The translations under genes were made by a program, and so were the position numbers. The notes under the pieces were generated by a model. That model searched no databases, was not told the origin of the DNA, and saw only the letters and a program-made list of their open reading frames with translations. DNA of 64,000 nt from Eledone cirrhosa (taxonomy: Eukaryota): positions 7,068,001 through 7,132,000 of the forward strand of contig OZ024762.1 in NCBI GenBank assembly GCA_964016885.1, written 5' to 3'. Positions 13,377-26,171 of the stretch are shown piece by piece. Numbering within the stretch: position 1 is the stretch's first letter; the number at the start of each line of letters is the position of its first letter.

Positions 13377-13422
13377 GTATTTACACACACACATATATAA
13401 ATATATAGTTACACACACACAC

Positions 13423-13605
<183 letters not shown>

Positions 13606-14014
13606 AGCAGCCATTTGTTATTTAGTGCTAAACAATAGAGTTTCTGCTATTCTGCTATTGGAAAATGGAAAAAAGAAACTATGCCAGCAAGCTCAACTCT
13701 AATTGATTACACTAAACTGTTTGACACTATTAACTAAAGCCATGAATGTTAAGTGTAGTCTTTCTGTATGGCATCACACATTCATTAGAGATATTTTAAT
13801 CTAATCTAATAAAAATAACACAAGAACAAACTGCCTGTTTCTAGAGGGTACAATCTTTGTAATGAATCTTGCTTTATAATACATACATAGATGATTTTTG
13901 GCTGACAATTTCATAGGCTGACAAAGATATTCTCATGGAATGACCAAATGAGGTTTATTTTTCAGCATAGTCCCTGGAAAGAAACGATACAGTTATTAAG
14001 AAGAGTTAAAATTG

Positions 14015-14232
14015 ATACCGGTTTCAGCCAAAAGTTGTTTAGGCTTCTTCATGCTACAAGAAATTTGATTAAAAGTGTAACATTTTCGAAAATGTGAACC
14101 CTTTTATATGTATGTAAACTACGTTCTCTTATACCCTCGGCTTATTAATATTCACCTTAGTTTTATTATACACTTTTAATCATATTTCCTGTAGCATGAA
14201 GAACCCTAAACAACTTTTAGCTGAAACCGGTA
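14015..14232. mobile_element. inverted pair of hammerhead-like Penelope-type termini
   Basis: GTAGCATGAAGAA..CTAAACAACTTTT.GCTGAAACCGGTA on - (14015-14057) and on + (14190-14232). Abuts a partial mariner MITE at 13888-14012. Confidence 0.55.
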
Positions 14233-14321
14233 CAATTAATTGTTGTTTTTAAATAAATGTTTTGCTGTTATTCTATGAGAAAATCCCATTAGAGAAAATC
14301 CTGTTATTCTATGAGAAAATC

Positions 14322-14361
<40 letters not shown>

Positions 14362-14418
14362 GTGAATCTAATAAACATTTGTCGTACTGCCTCTCTGTTC
14401 TGTCCCTGTTCAATTTTT

Positions 14419-14452
<34 letters not shown>

Positions 14453-14827
14453 CAAGTAAGTATGTTTTGAAACAGTGAGCGAGTTTGATATTAGAAAATA
14501 GAAGCTTTTGCCATATTTTTTTTTACTAAAGGAATTTTAGCCTGATAGTGGGGCTTAAAAACCTCTAAGAAATGGAAAAAGATGAATATTGACGTACATG
14601 GAAGTTGAACCCACATCTTTGGTTATCCAGACCACCGTGCTACCACTACACCAACACATCACCCATATATATATAATTTTGTTTTTTTGTGTTAGTTGCT
14701 GGTTTTCAAGTTGTTCTCGTTGATCAACTAACCAATGTATAGACAGGATTGAGCACTCATCGTGGTTTACTTTCCAAGTTGTGATGTAATCATTTTGGCC
14801 AACATGCCATCGAGTATCAATATAATA

Positions 14828-15012
14828 AGTGTTTCTACTTTTGGCACAAGGCCAGCAATTATCCCAGTGCATTACTGGTACTTTATTTTATCGACCCCGT
14901 AAGGATGAAAGGCAAAGTTAACCTCGGCGGGATTTGAACTCAGACCATAAAGCGCTGTAACTCTTTGTTGCAAAGCATGGCATCCGACCCTCTACCGATA
15001 CTGCCAATCCAC
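14828..15012 (-). mobile_element. SINE family 2
   Basis: Reverse complement of the family sequence. Confidence 0.85.
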
Positions 15013-15068
15013 CATGAAGAAGTCAGTGTGCTTGAATCTAACACCACTTTATTGATCACTTTATTATT

Positions 15069-15124
15069 GTTATCTACGTTTCAGTGGTGTCTATTATGTA
15101 ATAGATATGACCTCATCAGACAGC
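15069..15124 (-). ncRNA. hammerhead-like motif (type I)
   Basis: Minus strand: CTGATGA-ggt..tctatta ca taataga.acc..-GAAACGTA. Stem I is poor. Confidence 0.5.
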
Positions 15125-15305
15125 TATTGTGTAATCTTTTGTTCAATCTGTGATATTACTTGTGTGGGTGTTGATGTTACTCCTCCAACACTCAGCTGAT
15201 GTATGGATTCAGTATAAAACTCTTTAGCTAGCATCATTTGGCTGGTTGTGTTCATTCAATCCTATTGGTTAATTTTTATTCATCTCCTTGATCATTCCAT
15301 TTATA

Positions 15306-15620
15306 CCTTAGTCTGATCTGATTATCAGCTCCTTTCTTCTGACAGGAGTTGTAACTGACAGATAGTATGAGCAATAGAAAGACCAATGAAAACATTGCTT
15401 CCTTAGTCTGATCTGATGATCAGCTCCCTTCTTCTGACAGGAGTTGTAACTGACAGATAGTATGAGCAATAGAAAGACCAATGGAAACACTGCTTCCTTA
15501 GTCTGATCTGATGATCAGCTCCCTTCTTCTGACAGGAGTTGTAACTGACAGATAGTCTGAGCAATAGAAAGACCAATAGAAACACTGCTTCCTTAGTCTG
15601 ATCTGATGATCAGCTCCTTT
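15306..15620. repeat. 95-bp tandem repeat x3.3
   Basis: CCTTAGTCTGATCTGAT recurs at 95-bp spacing. Confidence 0.95.
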
Positions 15621-16044
15621 CTTTTCAGTCTTTCTTTATGGTACACCTGAGCTTTGCAGACTTTTCACATTGAGGTTGATGATGATGAGATGATGATGGT
15701 GGTGATGGTGGTGATGATGGTGATGGTGATGTTGATGGTGATGGCAACAATTATGATGATGATGAACAAGGAGGCAGTTATCTAAAAAATGTTTTCCTTA
15801 TTTCTATCAAGATATATTGATTTTCCATTAATCTCTGGAAAATAGATTTTATTTTTATTTTATTTTATTTATTTTATTTTATTTATTTTATGTTTATTTT
15901 TGTTTTTCTGGAGATTATTTTCCTCAAAGGCTCTCAAGTCTCCCCCACAAAATACACTAGAAAGTCTTCTTGTTTTCTCATATTCTGCTGGGCATAAAAT
16001 CATATCTTATCAAACTGCCTTATATCACACATATATCAGATATC

Positions 16045-16063
16045 ACATGCATACACACACACA

Positions 16064-16094
<31 letters not shown>

Positions 16095-16185
16095 ATCATA
16101 TATATGTATGTATATGTATGTATATGTATGTATATATTTATGTATGTATGTATATATATATATATATATGTATGTATATGTATGC

Positions 16186-16221
<36 letters not shown>

Positions 16222-16358
16222 GTGTGTACACATATGTATATATATGTACACATATGTATATATATATATGTGTATGTATATATATATATATATATGTATG
16301 TATATGTATATATATGTACACATGTATATATATATATGTATGTATTTATATATATATG

Positions 16359-16405
<47 letters not shown>

Positions 16406-16709
16406 GTATATATATGTATGTATATGTATATATATGTACACATATGTATATATATATGTATTTATATATATATGTATTTATATATATATATGTATTTATA
16501 TATATATGTATGTATATGTATATATATATATATGTACGTATATATATATATGTATATGTATATATATATGTATGTATATGTATATATATATATATATATG
16601 TCTATATATATATATCTACCTCCTATCGTAACTGTACTCCTTATTGTTGTTATTTACTTTTCCAATGTATATATATATCTATCTATATATCTATATATAT
16701 CTATATATA

Positions 16710-16770
<61 letters not shown>
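16045..16770. repeat. (TA)n/(TATG)n compound microsatellite
   Basis: Visible directly. Confidence 0.95.
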
Positions 16771-16772
<2 letters not shown>

Positions 16773-17359
16773 TAATGTATTTTCCCCATGGAGCTAAATC
16801 ATCTTTGACATAACTGCATGATTCTGCCTTAAGAAATGTTGTTCAGTAAACAGATATGTTTTTTATTTTCCCTCTTGGAAATGAATAGAATAGTTTTTGA
16901 GAGAATATCTCAAATTCCTCCCAGCGTTCCATATTAGTTCATTTAGAAAGATTTTCTATGTGGGGTGGGTAGGGTTGGGTGTAATCGGGTGTTTATATCA
17001 AATATTGATTTCTCATATCAAATATTTGATATTAACCCATCTGAAACTAAACTGCCTGAAACCATCAGTAGATGAATATATATTTATCAACCTTCCTTCA
17101 TAATTCCATGTAAGAACCTTTGTTATGTTATGTTCCAAACACCTCTGGTTCTATCATACACATCAGTTTATTTTAAAGTGTCAATATCTATCATAAAATC
17201 ATCAACTTTCCTTTATAATTATATGTATGAACCTTTGTTAAGTTATGTTCCAAATACCAGCTCAATAATGAGAAAGTATTTTGTAGACACAGAAGTAAAC
17301 ACTTAAAAAAAAAGTTACAACCAAATATTGCCTTTAGAAAACAGGGAGACATATAAGTA

Positions 17360-17681
17360 GAAGGGGTATTTAATTTGTTGGAAGTCCGACAAATATAACT
17401 GTTTATAACTGATTTAGAGCACTCAACAAGTTAGTGGAGTAAATATTCAATGATATTAAATAAATGGAAACTATATTTATAAAACCATATTTATTTTATT
17501 ATATATATTTCAAGCATACCAAGACACATTGGTACGCTTTCCTCAGATAAAATACAAAGTTTGTTTTATAAATAGAGACATACCCATGAAAATCATACCT
17601 TATCGGTTGGATATTCTCTGGATCTATAGACTATCCAGAGAATATCCAACCGATAAGGTATGATTTTCACGGGTATGTCTC

Positions 17682-17684
<3 letters not shown>
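17360..17684. mobile_element. TA-adjacent fold-back cassette, family B
   Basis: 52-bp arms 17572-17623/17633-17684 with 1 mismatch. Tail carries AGAGCACTCAA. Single-arm or partial relatives at 22415-22660 and 18376-18520. Confidence 0.6.
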
Positions 17685-17712
<28 letters not shown>

Positions 17713-18060
17713 CATCATCATCATCGTTTAACGTCCATCTTCCACGCTTGCATGGGTTTGGACGGGAGTTTTCCCACTTGAGGCAAGATTGGTTGACTTG
17801 CTTGTATAGGACTGTCTGGCAGGTTTTCTACGGCTGGATGCCCTTCCTAACACCAACCACGTTTACAGTGTGGACTGGGAGGTTTTTACCGTGTTATATA
17901 TATATATATTTATATATACATGTTTTAAAGTAGTGACTATGTCACTTACTTATTTTCGGTAAAACAAAGGGATAGTGTTCGACAGTCTGTTTCTCGCTTG
18001 TTAGCATTTATCAAGACCACACACTCCGCTTATAGAAGCTGGATTCTTATAGAATTTAGG

Positions 18061-18124
18061 TTTTGCCGTCTGAAGAGCTCAGGCTACCATAACTGACAGT
18101 CCTCAGTGAAATATGTATAACAAA
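18061..18124 (+). ncRNA. type I hammerhead ribozyme candidate
   Basis: CTGAAGA (18070) - long stem II - GAAATATGTATA-ACAAA. Same 3' core as 19543-19607. Confidence 0.55.
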
Positions 18125-18300
18125 GTTTTAAATAAACCTGAATCAACTGAATATGGCCGCCGATCTTTTATTAATATATAATGTTCTGACTTGCACCATT
18201 TATACAGGTCGTTGAGAGCTTCATTTTATCTGCTTCATAACCGACAGATTACACGCATGAGCTGCACATCCCTGTTCTGTTCATACTCTCTCTTTCTCCT

Positions 18301-18373
<73 letters not shown>

Positions 18374-18565
18374 GATATATTAACAAATGGAAACTATATT
18401 TATAAAACCATATTTATTTCATTATACATATTTCAAGGGCCACCAGAGCAAACTATGGTGCGCTTTCATCAGATAAAATATAATATAGGTTAGTTTTATA
18501 AATAAATATTGACATACCCTTAAAAAATGAAATATATATATATATATGAAATATATATATATATG

Positions 18566-18601
<36 letters not shown>

Positions 18602-18602
<1 letters not shown>

Positions 18603-19306
18603 CCTGGGCGCTGAAGGTGGAAGACTTACGTAGATTAGAGAGAAACGAAGCCTGCATGCTCCGATGGATGTGTAACAGTAATATACGTGAACGACAAAGC
18701 ATAAATGAATTGAGAGAGAGACTGAGCATAAGAGGAATCAAATGCTGCGTGCAGGAGAGGCGGTTACGCTGGTATGGACATGTGATGCGTATGAAGGATG
18801 ACAGCTGCATAAAAAGGTGCAGAGCACTAGAAGTTGATGGAAACCGCGGAGTGGGGAGACCCAAGATGACTTGGGATGAGGTGATAAAAGCCGACCTTAC
18901 CCAACTACACCTCTCAAAGTCAATGACACACGACCGTGACTTCTGGCGTCACGCAGTAATACAGGGTACCCGACCTCCCATGGGTACATGCTGAAGCATA
19001 TAAACAATATGCCCCCCCCCCCCCCCCCCCCCACCGCAAGGTGGTCGTGGAGGTGCCACGGCAAAAAAGCACCCAGCCCACACTGTAAAGTGGACGTGTA
19101 GGCGCCACGAAAAAGCACCCAGCACTCACTGTAAATGAGGTTGGTGTTAGGAAGGGCATCCAGCTGTAGAAATCAAGCCAGATCAGTTCCTGTATGAGCA
19201 AGGCATGGTCAGCCGACCAGACACTGCCCACAACAGGACAACCCGTCTAACCCATGCTAGCGTGGAAGAATGGACGTAAAACGGTGATGATGATGATGAT
19301 GATGAT
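18602..19306 (+). mobile_element. 5'-truncated RTE LINE, near-identical to 54428-55124
   Basis: Encodes the same C-terminus (TWALKVEDL...TRPPMGTC) and the same 3' UTR and (GAT)n tail. Follows a (TA)n tract. Confidence 0.95.
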
Positions 19307-19542
19307 ATATATATATAATTTTACTGAGATGACGACAAAGGGCTGTGACGAATGGAGAGATGCTGTGCTGAATAGGAGCCATCCTACCCTTGCAAACGGA
19401 AAAGTGGACGTGAAATGATGATGATGATGATATATATATGTGTGTGTATATAAATATATATATATATATATATTTAAGAGTTATACAACTCTTGATTAAA
19501 TCTTAACCATCTACCATGTCAGGGTATGTCATGTATCATTTT

Positions 19543-19607
19543 ATTTTATCTGATGAGGACGTACTGTTGAACTTAATTCAGTACCTCTGAAATATGTATA
19601 ATAAAAT
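19543..19607 (+). ncRNA. type I hammerhead ribozyme
   Basis: ATTTTAT-CTGATGA-ggac gtactg..cagtac ctct-GAAA-tatgta-TA-ATAAAAT. Stem I is 7 bp, stem II has a 6-bp core, and the cleavage triplet is AUA. Confidence 0.7.
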
Positions 19608-19652
19608 ATAATTGATCACAAGAATATCTATTTTGTTAATATTTTGAATTAA

Positions 19653-19685
<33 letters not shown>

Positions 19686-19821
19686 CTTTCCCACTGTATG
19701 TATACAGATATGACATTAAATATATATATGTTTGTATGTGAAAAGTAAATGGAAAAAACACAACAGACGATGAAGTAGAGCGAAGATATATATTAATTTC
19801 CTACTTAATATAATAGGAAAG

Positions 19822-19866
19822 AAGTCTTAACGTTTCGGACCCTAGTCCTTCATTAGAAAATAGACT
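19822..19866 (-). ncRNA. hammerhead-like motif
   Basis: Minus strand: CTAATGA-aggac tagg gtcc-GAAACGTT (one core substitution). Related to 52583-52611. Confidence 0.45.
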
Positions 19867-20259
19867 GAGAAATTATAGAAGCAATAGAAAGGTAGAGAAG
19901 GGTGAGCAAGGACAGAAATGGAAAATATATTCTTTGAGAAAAAGCAGGGCTGTTGATATCACCATCTCTTGGAAAACTGTTGATGTTTCTCTGTGTGTCT
20001 GTGTGCGTTTCACATCTGGTTCACACCTTTCTTATGTGTGCGTGTATATATATGTGTGTGTGTGTGTCTCTCACATCTGTTGTACATCTGTGTTAAATAT
20101 ATATATATGTATGTGATGTGTGTGTATGTTTGTGTGTATATGTGTGTATATGTGTGTGTTTGTGTGTGGTGTGGTGTGGTGTGTGTGTTTTACAAGAAGG
20201 ATTACATGGAAATTGGCTGGAATATTTCATGGTTGGACACCAATACAACAGATAGGACT

Positions 20260-21205
20260 AATTGGTGGTGGTGGGAGGAAGGTGGTGGTGGTGGTAGGAG
20301 GGAGGGGGAAGGTGGTGGTGGTGGTGGGAGGGAGGGGGAAGTTGGTGGTGGGGTAGGAGGGTAGGGGGATTGGTGGTGGTGAGAGGAAGGTGGTGGTGGT
20401 GAGAGGAAGGTGGTGGTAGTAGGAGGGAGGGGGAGGTTGGTGGTGAGAGGAAGGTGGTGGTGGTGGTGTAAGGAGAACTGGTTGCGGCAGTGGTGTGTTG
20501 TGTGTGTGTGGGGGGGGGGGGGTATAGAGAAGGTGTTAGTGGTGTCGGGAGAGATGCTGGTGGTATGGAGGTGGTGGCAGTAGTGAGGGGGAGAAGGGTG
20601 TTAGTGGTGTAGGGGGTTGTTGGTAGTGGTGGTAGTAGTGTTGAGAGTAGAGATGGAGATGGTGGGGAGGTTGTAGGGAAGGGGTGAGGATGGTGTAGGT
20701 TGTGTAGAGAGGTGGTGGTGGTAGTGGGGGGAGTAGTGTTAGTAAAGAATAGTGTAGGTTGGTGGGGTTGGGGTGGTGTTTGTTGGTGGGGGAGGGGTGG
20801 TGTTTGTTGGTAGAGGTGGGGTGGTGTTTGTTGGTGGGGGAGGGGGTGTTTGTTGGTGGGGTGGGGGTGGTGGGGTGTTTGTTGGTGGGGGAGGTGGTGT
20901 GGTGTTTGTTGGTGGGGAGGGATGGTGTTTGTTGGTGGGGAGGGATGGTGTTTGTTGGGGGGTAGGGGTAGAGTATGTTGGGGTGGGGTGGTGTTTGTTG
21001 GCGGGGTGGGGTAGTGTTTGTTGGTGGGGAGGAGGCTGGTGGTAATGAGGGGTGTTAGTGGTGTCTGTTGTGTATGTAGTAGTGGTAGTGGTGGAGGTGC
21101 GGTGGGGCTGTGATGTTAGTATCGGGGGGGGGGGGGGGGTATAGTAGTGGTGGGGCTGTGATGTTGGTAGGAGGGGGGTGGGGGTGTCTAGTAGTGGGGG
21201 GCAGG
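20260..21205. repeat. G/T-rich low-complexity tract
   Basis: GGT runs and GGTGTTTGTTGGTGGGG units. Confidence 0.9.
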
Positions 21206-21536
21206 GGAGATCAGTGATTGTAAACAACCAACACATGGCCAGTTTTCAATCAACAGAAACATGTCAAATATTTTTTCACTTGTATATCTTATTCAACATT
21301 TCTCTCCCTCCTCCACCTCTCTAGTCCCCCACCCCGGGGCGGTGGGGGGTAGACCCAGCCCCACCACAGAGACAGTGGCATTGGCCCAGTCTGTCTTCTT
21401 GTCCCAGGGACATATTTTCTCTTCTTTTGTTATGTTTTTATGTATATGTGTGTATGTATTTACGTATGTCTATATGTATGTATATATGTATGTGATGTAT
21501 ATATATATATATATATATATGTGTTATATATATATA

Positions 21537-21570
<34 letters not shown>

Positions 21571-21602
21571 CATATATATACATATATATATGTGTGTGTG
21601 TT

Positions 21603-21633
<31 letters not shown>

Positions 21634-21750
21634 GAAACATGAGTAATGACAGATCACATTAATTCTGTCTCATAGTTGGTGACTTTCTCATGTAGTTATT
21701 GTTATAGCTTTTGTTGTATATATAGTTAAATATATATATATATATATATA

Positions 21751-21900
21751 GGAAAAAGTATGACCCCGACGGCAGAGCTCAAGCTGTGTCGACGGCTATT
21801 TCTGGGTCATACTTTTTCCTATTTCCCACTCTACTACCCTAAGTATTGAGTACTCTGGTGCGTTATGGTCCATCTGGTTCCTTACCACAATTCCTTTGTT
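21751..21900 (+). mobile_element. TA-embedded cassette, family A
   Basis: GGAAAAAGTATGACCC...GGGTCATACTTTTTCC hairpin plus a tail shared with 7481-7560. Confidence 0.6.
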
Positions 21901-21969
21901 ATATATATATATATATATATATACATACACACATATATACATATATATATATATATAAATATATATATT

Positions 21970-22020
<51 letters not shown>

Positions 22021-22054
22021 GTATATATATACATATACATATATACATATATGT

Positions 22055-22390
22055 GGAGGCACATGGCTTAGTGGTTAGAGCATTGGCCTTGCAATCGAAA
22101 GGTTGTGAGTTCAATTCTCAGACCGGATGATGTGTTGTTTCCTTGAGCAAGACACTTTATTTCACATTGCTCCAGTTTACTCAGCTGTAGAAATGAGATG
22201 ATAGGGACTTGGGTCCCTATCATTCCACTGCAAAGTGGTCGTGAAGGTGCCACGGCAAAAAAGCACCCAGCACTCACTGTAAATGAGGTTGGTGTTAGGA
22301 AGGGCATCCAGCTGTAGAAATCAAGCCAGAATCAGTTTCCGTCCCACCCTTGCAAGCAGGGAAAAAGCGGACGTAAAATGAAATGATGAT
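22055..22390 (+). mobile_element. tRNA-headed CORE-like SINE with RTE-derived tail
   Basis: A-box TGGCTTAGTGG and B-box GAGTTCAATTC. Centre CCTTGAGCAAGACACTT...CAGTTTACTCAGCTGTAGAAATG resembles the CORE domain. 3' part matches the RTE 3' UTR (54860-55010). Confidence 0.85.
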
Positions 22391-22753
22391 ACATATATAC
22401 ATATATATATATATGTAGAAGTTATATTTAATTTGTTGGGATTCCAACAAACTTAAAAGTTTATAACTGATATAGAGCACTCAACAGTTTACTGGAGTAA
22501 ATATTCAATGATATTAAATAAATGAAAACTATATTTATAAAACCATATTTTTTTTATTATATATATTTCAAGGGCAATCAGATAAAATACGAAGTTTGTT
22601 TTATAAATAGAGACATACCCATGAAAATCATACCTTATCGGTTGGAAATTCACTGGATAGTGAATATATATAAATATATATATAAATGAAGTATTTCCGT
22701 CGGAATGGTACAGGAAAAAAGAGTGCTCTATGTAGGCTACAGAATTTTTTTTA

Positions 22754-22815
22754 TTCATTCTGACGACTGAAGACAGATATAAATATCTGACTTCAAGAAA
22801 CCACTGGTAAATGAA
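22754..22815 (+). ncRNA. type I hammerhead ribozyme
   Basis: TTCATT-CTGACGA-c tgaag a cagatat aa atatctg a cttca a-GAAA-cca c tgg-TA-AATGAA. All three stems pair and the triplet is GUA. Confidence 0.75.
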
Positions 22816-23031
22816 ATAATTATCTTATGTTGTTTATTACATAACTATATATATAACTATATATATATATAGAGAGAGAGAGATAAAGAGTCTGTGGGTC
22901 TGAGACTGAGGGGACCACAAATCATGGGAGTACTCAATGCATGGGGAGATTCAGAGTGGGTATAGAGTTAGCTATATTCCTGACTGTGATGCCAAGCAAT
23001 TTCGGGTTAGTGTCATGGTCAGGATTATATC

Positions 23032-23115
<84 letters not shown>

Positions 23116-23215
23116 GGAAAATGTTTAACCCCATCTACTAACCTAAGTATTGAGTACTCTGGTGCGTTATGGTCCATCTGGTTCCTTACCACACCTCCTT
23201 TGTTAGATATATTTA

Positions 23216-23253
<38 letters not shown>

Positions 23254-23434
23254 ATATATATATATATATGTGTGTGTATATATATGTGTGTGTGTGTATA
23301 TATATATATGTGTATATATATGTGTGTGTGTGTATATATATATATGTGTGTATATATATGTGTGTGTGTGTATATATATAAGTGTGTATATATATGTGTG
23401 TGTGTATGTATATATATATATATGTATATATATA

Positions 23435-23465
<31 letters not shown>

Positions 23466-23597
23466 GTGTATATATATATGTGTGTGTGTGTGTATATATA
23501 CATACACATATATACGCTTGCATCTTTACAGGAGAGACTGCCATAGGTGTGAGCTGTAAATTTCAATTCCATTTTTTTTCTTTTCATATTGATACAG

Positions 23598-23609
23598 AAG
23601 AGAAAAAAA
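23598..23609 (+). other. candidate 12-nt micro-exon (KRKK or EEKK)
   Basis: T-rich tract, then ACAG|AAGAGAAAAAAA|GTGAGT. Frame-preserving. Confidence 0.35.
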
Positions 23610-23971
23610 GTGAGTCAAATAATGTTTTTCTCCTCTTGTAGAAGAAACAGGACATGAAGATTCTCTTCTACTCTCATCTTAACCAATTCTCCCTGCCAAC
23701 CACCCCACCTCACCCATTGATGGAACTGTACTCATTATGCCAACATCAAAGACATTCTCTTTTTGTTGTTATTTTTCAGTTATTGCTAAGCAATCTTCTG
23801 CATTAGTCCCCACCTCAAACCACTCTTAAATAAACAACCCACACCAAATATATGGGTTTTACATGTACAGTCTACAATAACCAGTCTGCTTGTAACAAGA
23901 TGAAAAAAAAAAAAAAAAAGGGGGGGATAGAATAATTTAAGGGCTGACACACTGTTAGTTGTGCTACTTTA

Positions 23972-24290
23972 CATTCTGAGTTCAAATCCCGCCGAGGTTA
24001 ACTTTGCCTTTCATCCTTACGGGGTCGATAAAATAAAGTACCAGTAAAGCACTGGTGTTGATTTAATCGACTTTCCCCTCCCCTTAAAAAAATTGCTGGC
24101 CTTGTGCCTAAAGTAGAAGCAATTATTATTGGCAGAATCGGTAGAGCATCGAACAATATGTTTTGAGGCATATAGTTATGGTTCTTTACATTTCTGAGTT
24201 CAAATCCTGCCAAGGTTAGCTTTGCCTTTCATTGACTTTCTCCTCCCCACCAATATTTCTGACCTTGTGCTTATATAAGAAATAACAATT
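23972..24290 (+). mobile_element. two SINE family 2 copies
   Basis: Aligns to the family sequence. Confidence 0.75.
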
Positions 24291-24717
24291 ATTATTATAT
24301 AGCCTTCTACTGCATGGACATTTTGTTTATCAGTTGTTGGAGAACTCAACAATTTTTGGCACTTTCTGATAGTATCTTCCAACAATTTTGTATAAGAACC
24401 ATATATCAATTTATTAGTTAAGGGTTGGTATGACTATCGAATTTCATCAGAAATATGGTCAAGAAAGGGTTAATTCTTTATGGCATTCAGATTTATTGTT
24501 CTGAGTTCAAATCCTGCCATAAATCACTGGGTGTGTATTTTTCTTGGAGTATTACTATCAGCACCAAACCTAAAGGAACTAACCCTCACACATATTTATC
24601 TAAACTTCAGCTATCATACACACGCACACACACACACACACACACATATATATAGTAGTAGAACACTGAAGGGTTATATCTGTAGTAGTAGAGCATCAGT
24701 CCATGGGACGAGTTAGG

Positions 24718-24836
24718 TAGAAGTAGTTCTACAACAGTTAGTGCACCATACCGAGAACAAATGTTTGCTGAGGGTCCAAATAAGGTGAAATATTTGTTCT
24801 CAGTATGGTGAACTGACTGTTGTGGAACTACTTCTA
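24718..24836. repeat. TA-adjacent fold-back, ~50-bp arms
   Basis: TAGAAGTAGTTC...GAGAACAAAT / ATTTGTTCTC...GAACTACTTCTA. Confidence 0.75.
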
Positions 24837-24851
24837 TATATATATATATAT

Positions 24852-25080
24852 TTATTAAAATAACAGATTAAAGTTTAAGCACAGAATCGCTGCTTTCACC
24901 CATAACGGAATCTTCTGAAACTCAGAAGATTGTTTCAGAAGATTCCATTAAGGGTGAAAGCAGCGATTTTTTTATTAAACTTTAATCTGTTATTTTAATG
25001 AATATTTGCTCTAGGGTTCTTATATATTTTATATATATTTATCCTTATCGAGCCCTCTTTGGATTTTAGTCTTCAAATTT
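24852..25080 (+). mobile_element. TA-adjacent fold-back cassette with hammerhead-like core
   Basis: Arms 24852-24920/24932-25002, CAGAAGA...GAAAGC core, and tail ATCGAGCCCTC. Confidence 0.55.
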
Positions 25081-25151
25081 ATTATTATTACTATATTTAT
25101 ATTATAAAATAACAGGAGGCTGGACTGGTCTAATTCCTTAAAAGGTTTATT

Positions 25152-25209
25152 ATACTATGATCATTTCAGTGACCAGGTTCAGTATGAATCCGGTGACATC
25201 ATCAGGTAT
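25152..25209 (-). ncRNA. type I hammerhead ribozyme
   Basis: Minus strand: ATAC-CTGATGA-(accgg.ttca tac tgaa.ctggt)-GAAA-tgatca-TA-GTAT followed by AATAAA. Stem III is the palindrome ATGATCAT. Second copy at 56790-56847. Confidence 0.7.
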
Positions 25210-25309
25210 TCGAAATATAACAAAGGAATATAATAGACAAAATCCATGGGGCTGAAAATCAGAGACATGAGGGCGGCCGAACATTTAGCAGCTTCTACCC
25301 GGTATACAT

Positions 25310-25585
25310 ACACACGTACACTCAGACATACACACACACACATACACAGGGAAACACGCATACATACACACAGACGTACACAGGGAAACACGCATACATA
25401 CACACACACATACACAGGGAAATACGCATACATACACACATCATACACAGGGAAACACATACATACACACACACAGGGAAACGCGCATACATACACAGAC
25501 ATACACAGGGAAACACACATACATACACACAGACATACACAGGGAAACACGCATACATACACATGCATACATGGACACATACACA
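25310..25585. repeat. ~32-bp minisatellite (ACACAGGGAAACACGCATAC..)
   Basis: Visible directly. Confidence 0.85.
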
Positions 25586-25719
25586 TGCTGAAACCAAAAA
25601 TGAAAACAAATTAGCTATGATTGAGATAGGTGAAAGTTAATTTGATGTATATCTACTACAATAAAAGGGGGTCTTTATCCTCTAAATGCATTCAGTTCAA
25701 TTTTATTTTTCTGTTTAGG

Positions 25720-26100
25720 CTAACCCAAGCCCTCACCCTAACACTAACCAAAAACCTAACCCTACCCCTAACCTAATCCTACCCCAACCCCAATCCTAGC
25801 CATAACCCAAATTTTTTTATTTAAAAAAAATAATAATAAAAAATAATAAACCCTAACCCTCACACTAGCCAACATTTAACTCTACCCCTAACCTAATCCT
25901 AAACCCAACCCTAACCCAAACCCAACCCTACCCCCACCCTAATCCTAGCCCTAACCCTATTTTTTTTATTTAAAAAAAATAAATAAAATAATAATAATAA
26001 TAAACCCTAACCCTCACACTAGCCAAAACCCAACCTAACCCTAACCCTAACCTTAGTTCTAACTCTAACCCCAAACCTAAACCTAGACCTAACCCTAACC
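25720..26100. repeat. degenerate (CCCTAA)n telomere-like array in about 3 higher-order blocks
   Basis: CCCTAA/CCCCAA variants separated by TTTTTTTATTTAAAAAAA spacers. Confidence 0.8.
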
Positions 26101-26171
26101 TCATCACTCTGATATATTGTGAGATAATTTAATTCTTTTAACTATAATAATGTATTTCTCTTTCATTTCAG

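Noticed and set aside
22055-22128. tRNA gene
   Set aside because: It is a SINE head with A/B boxes, fused to CORE-like and RTE segments in every copy.
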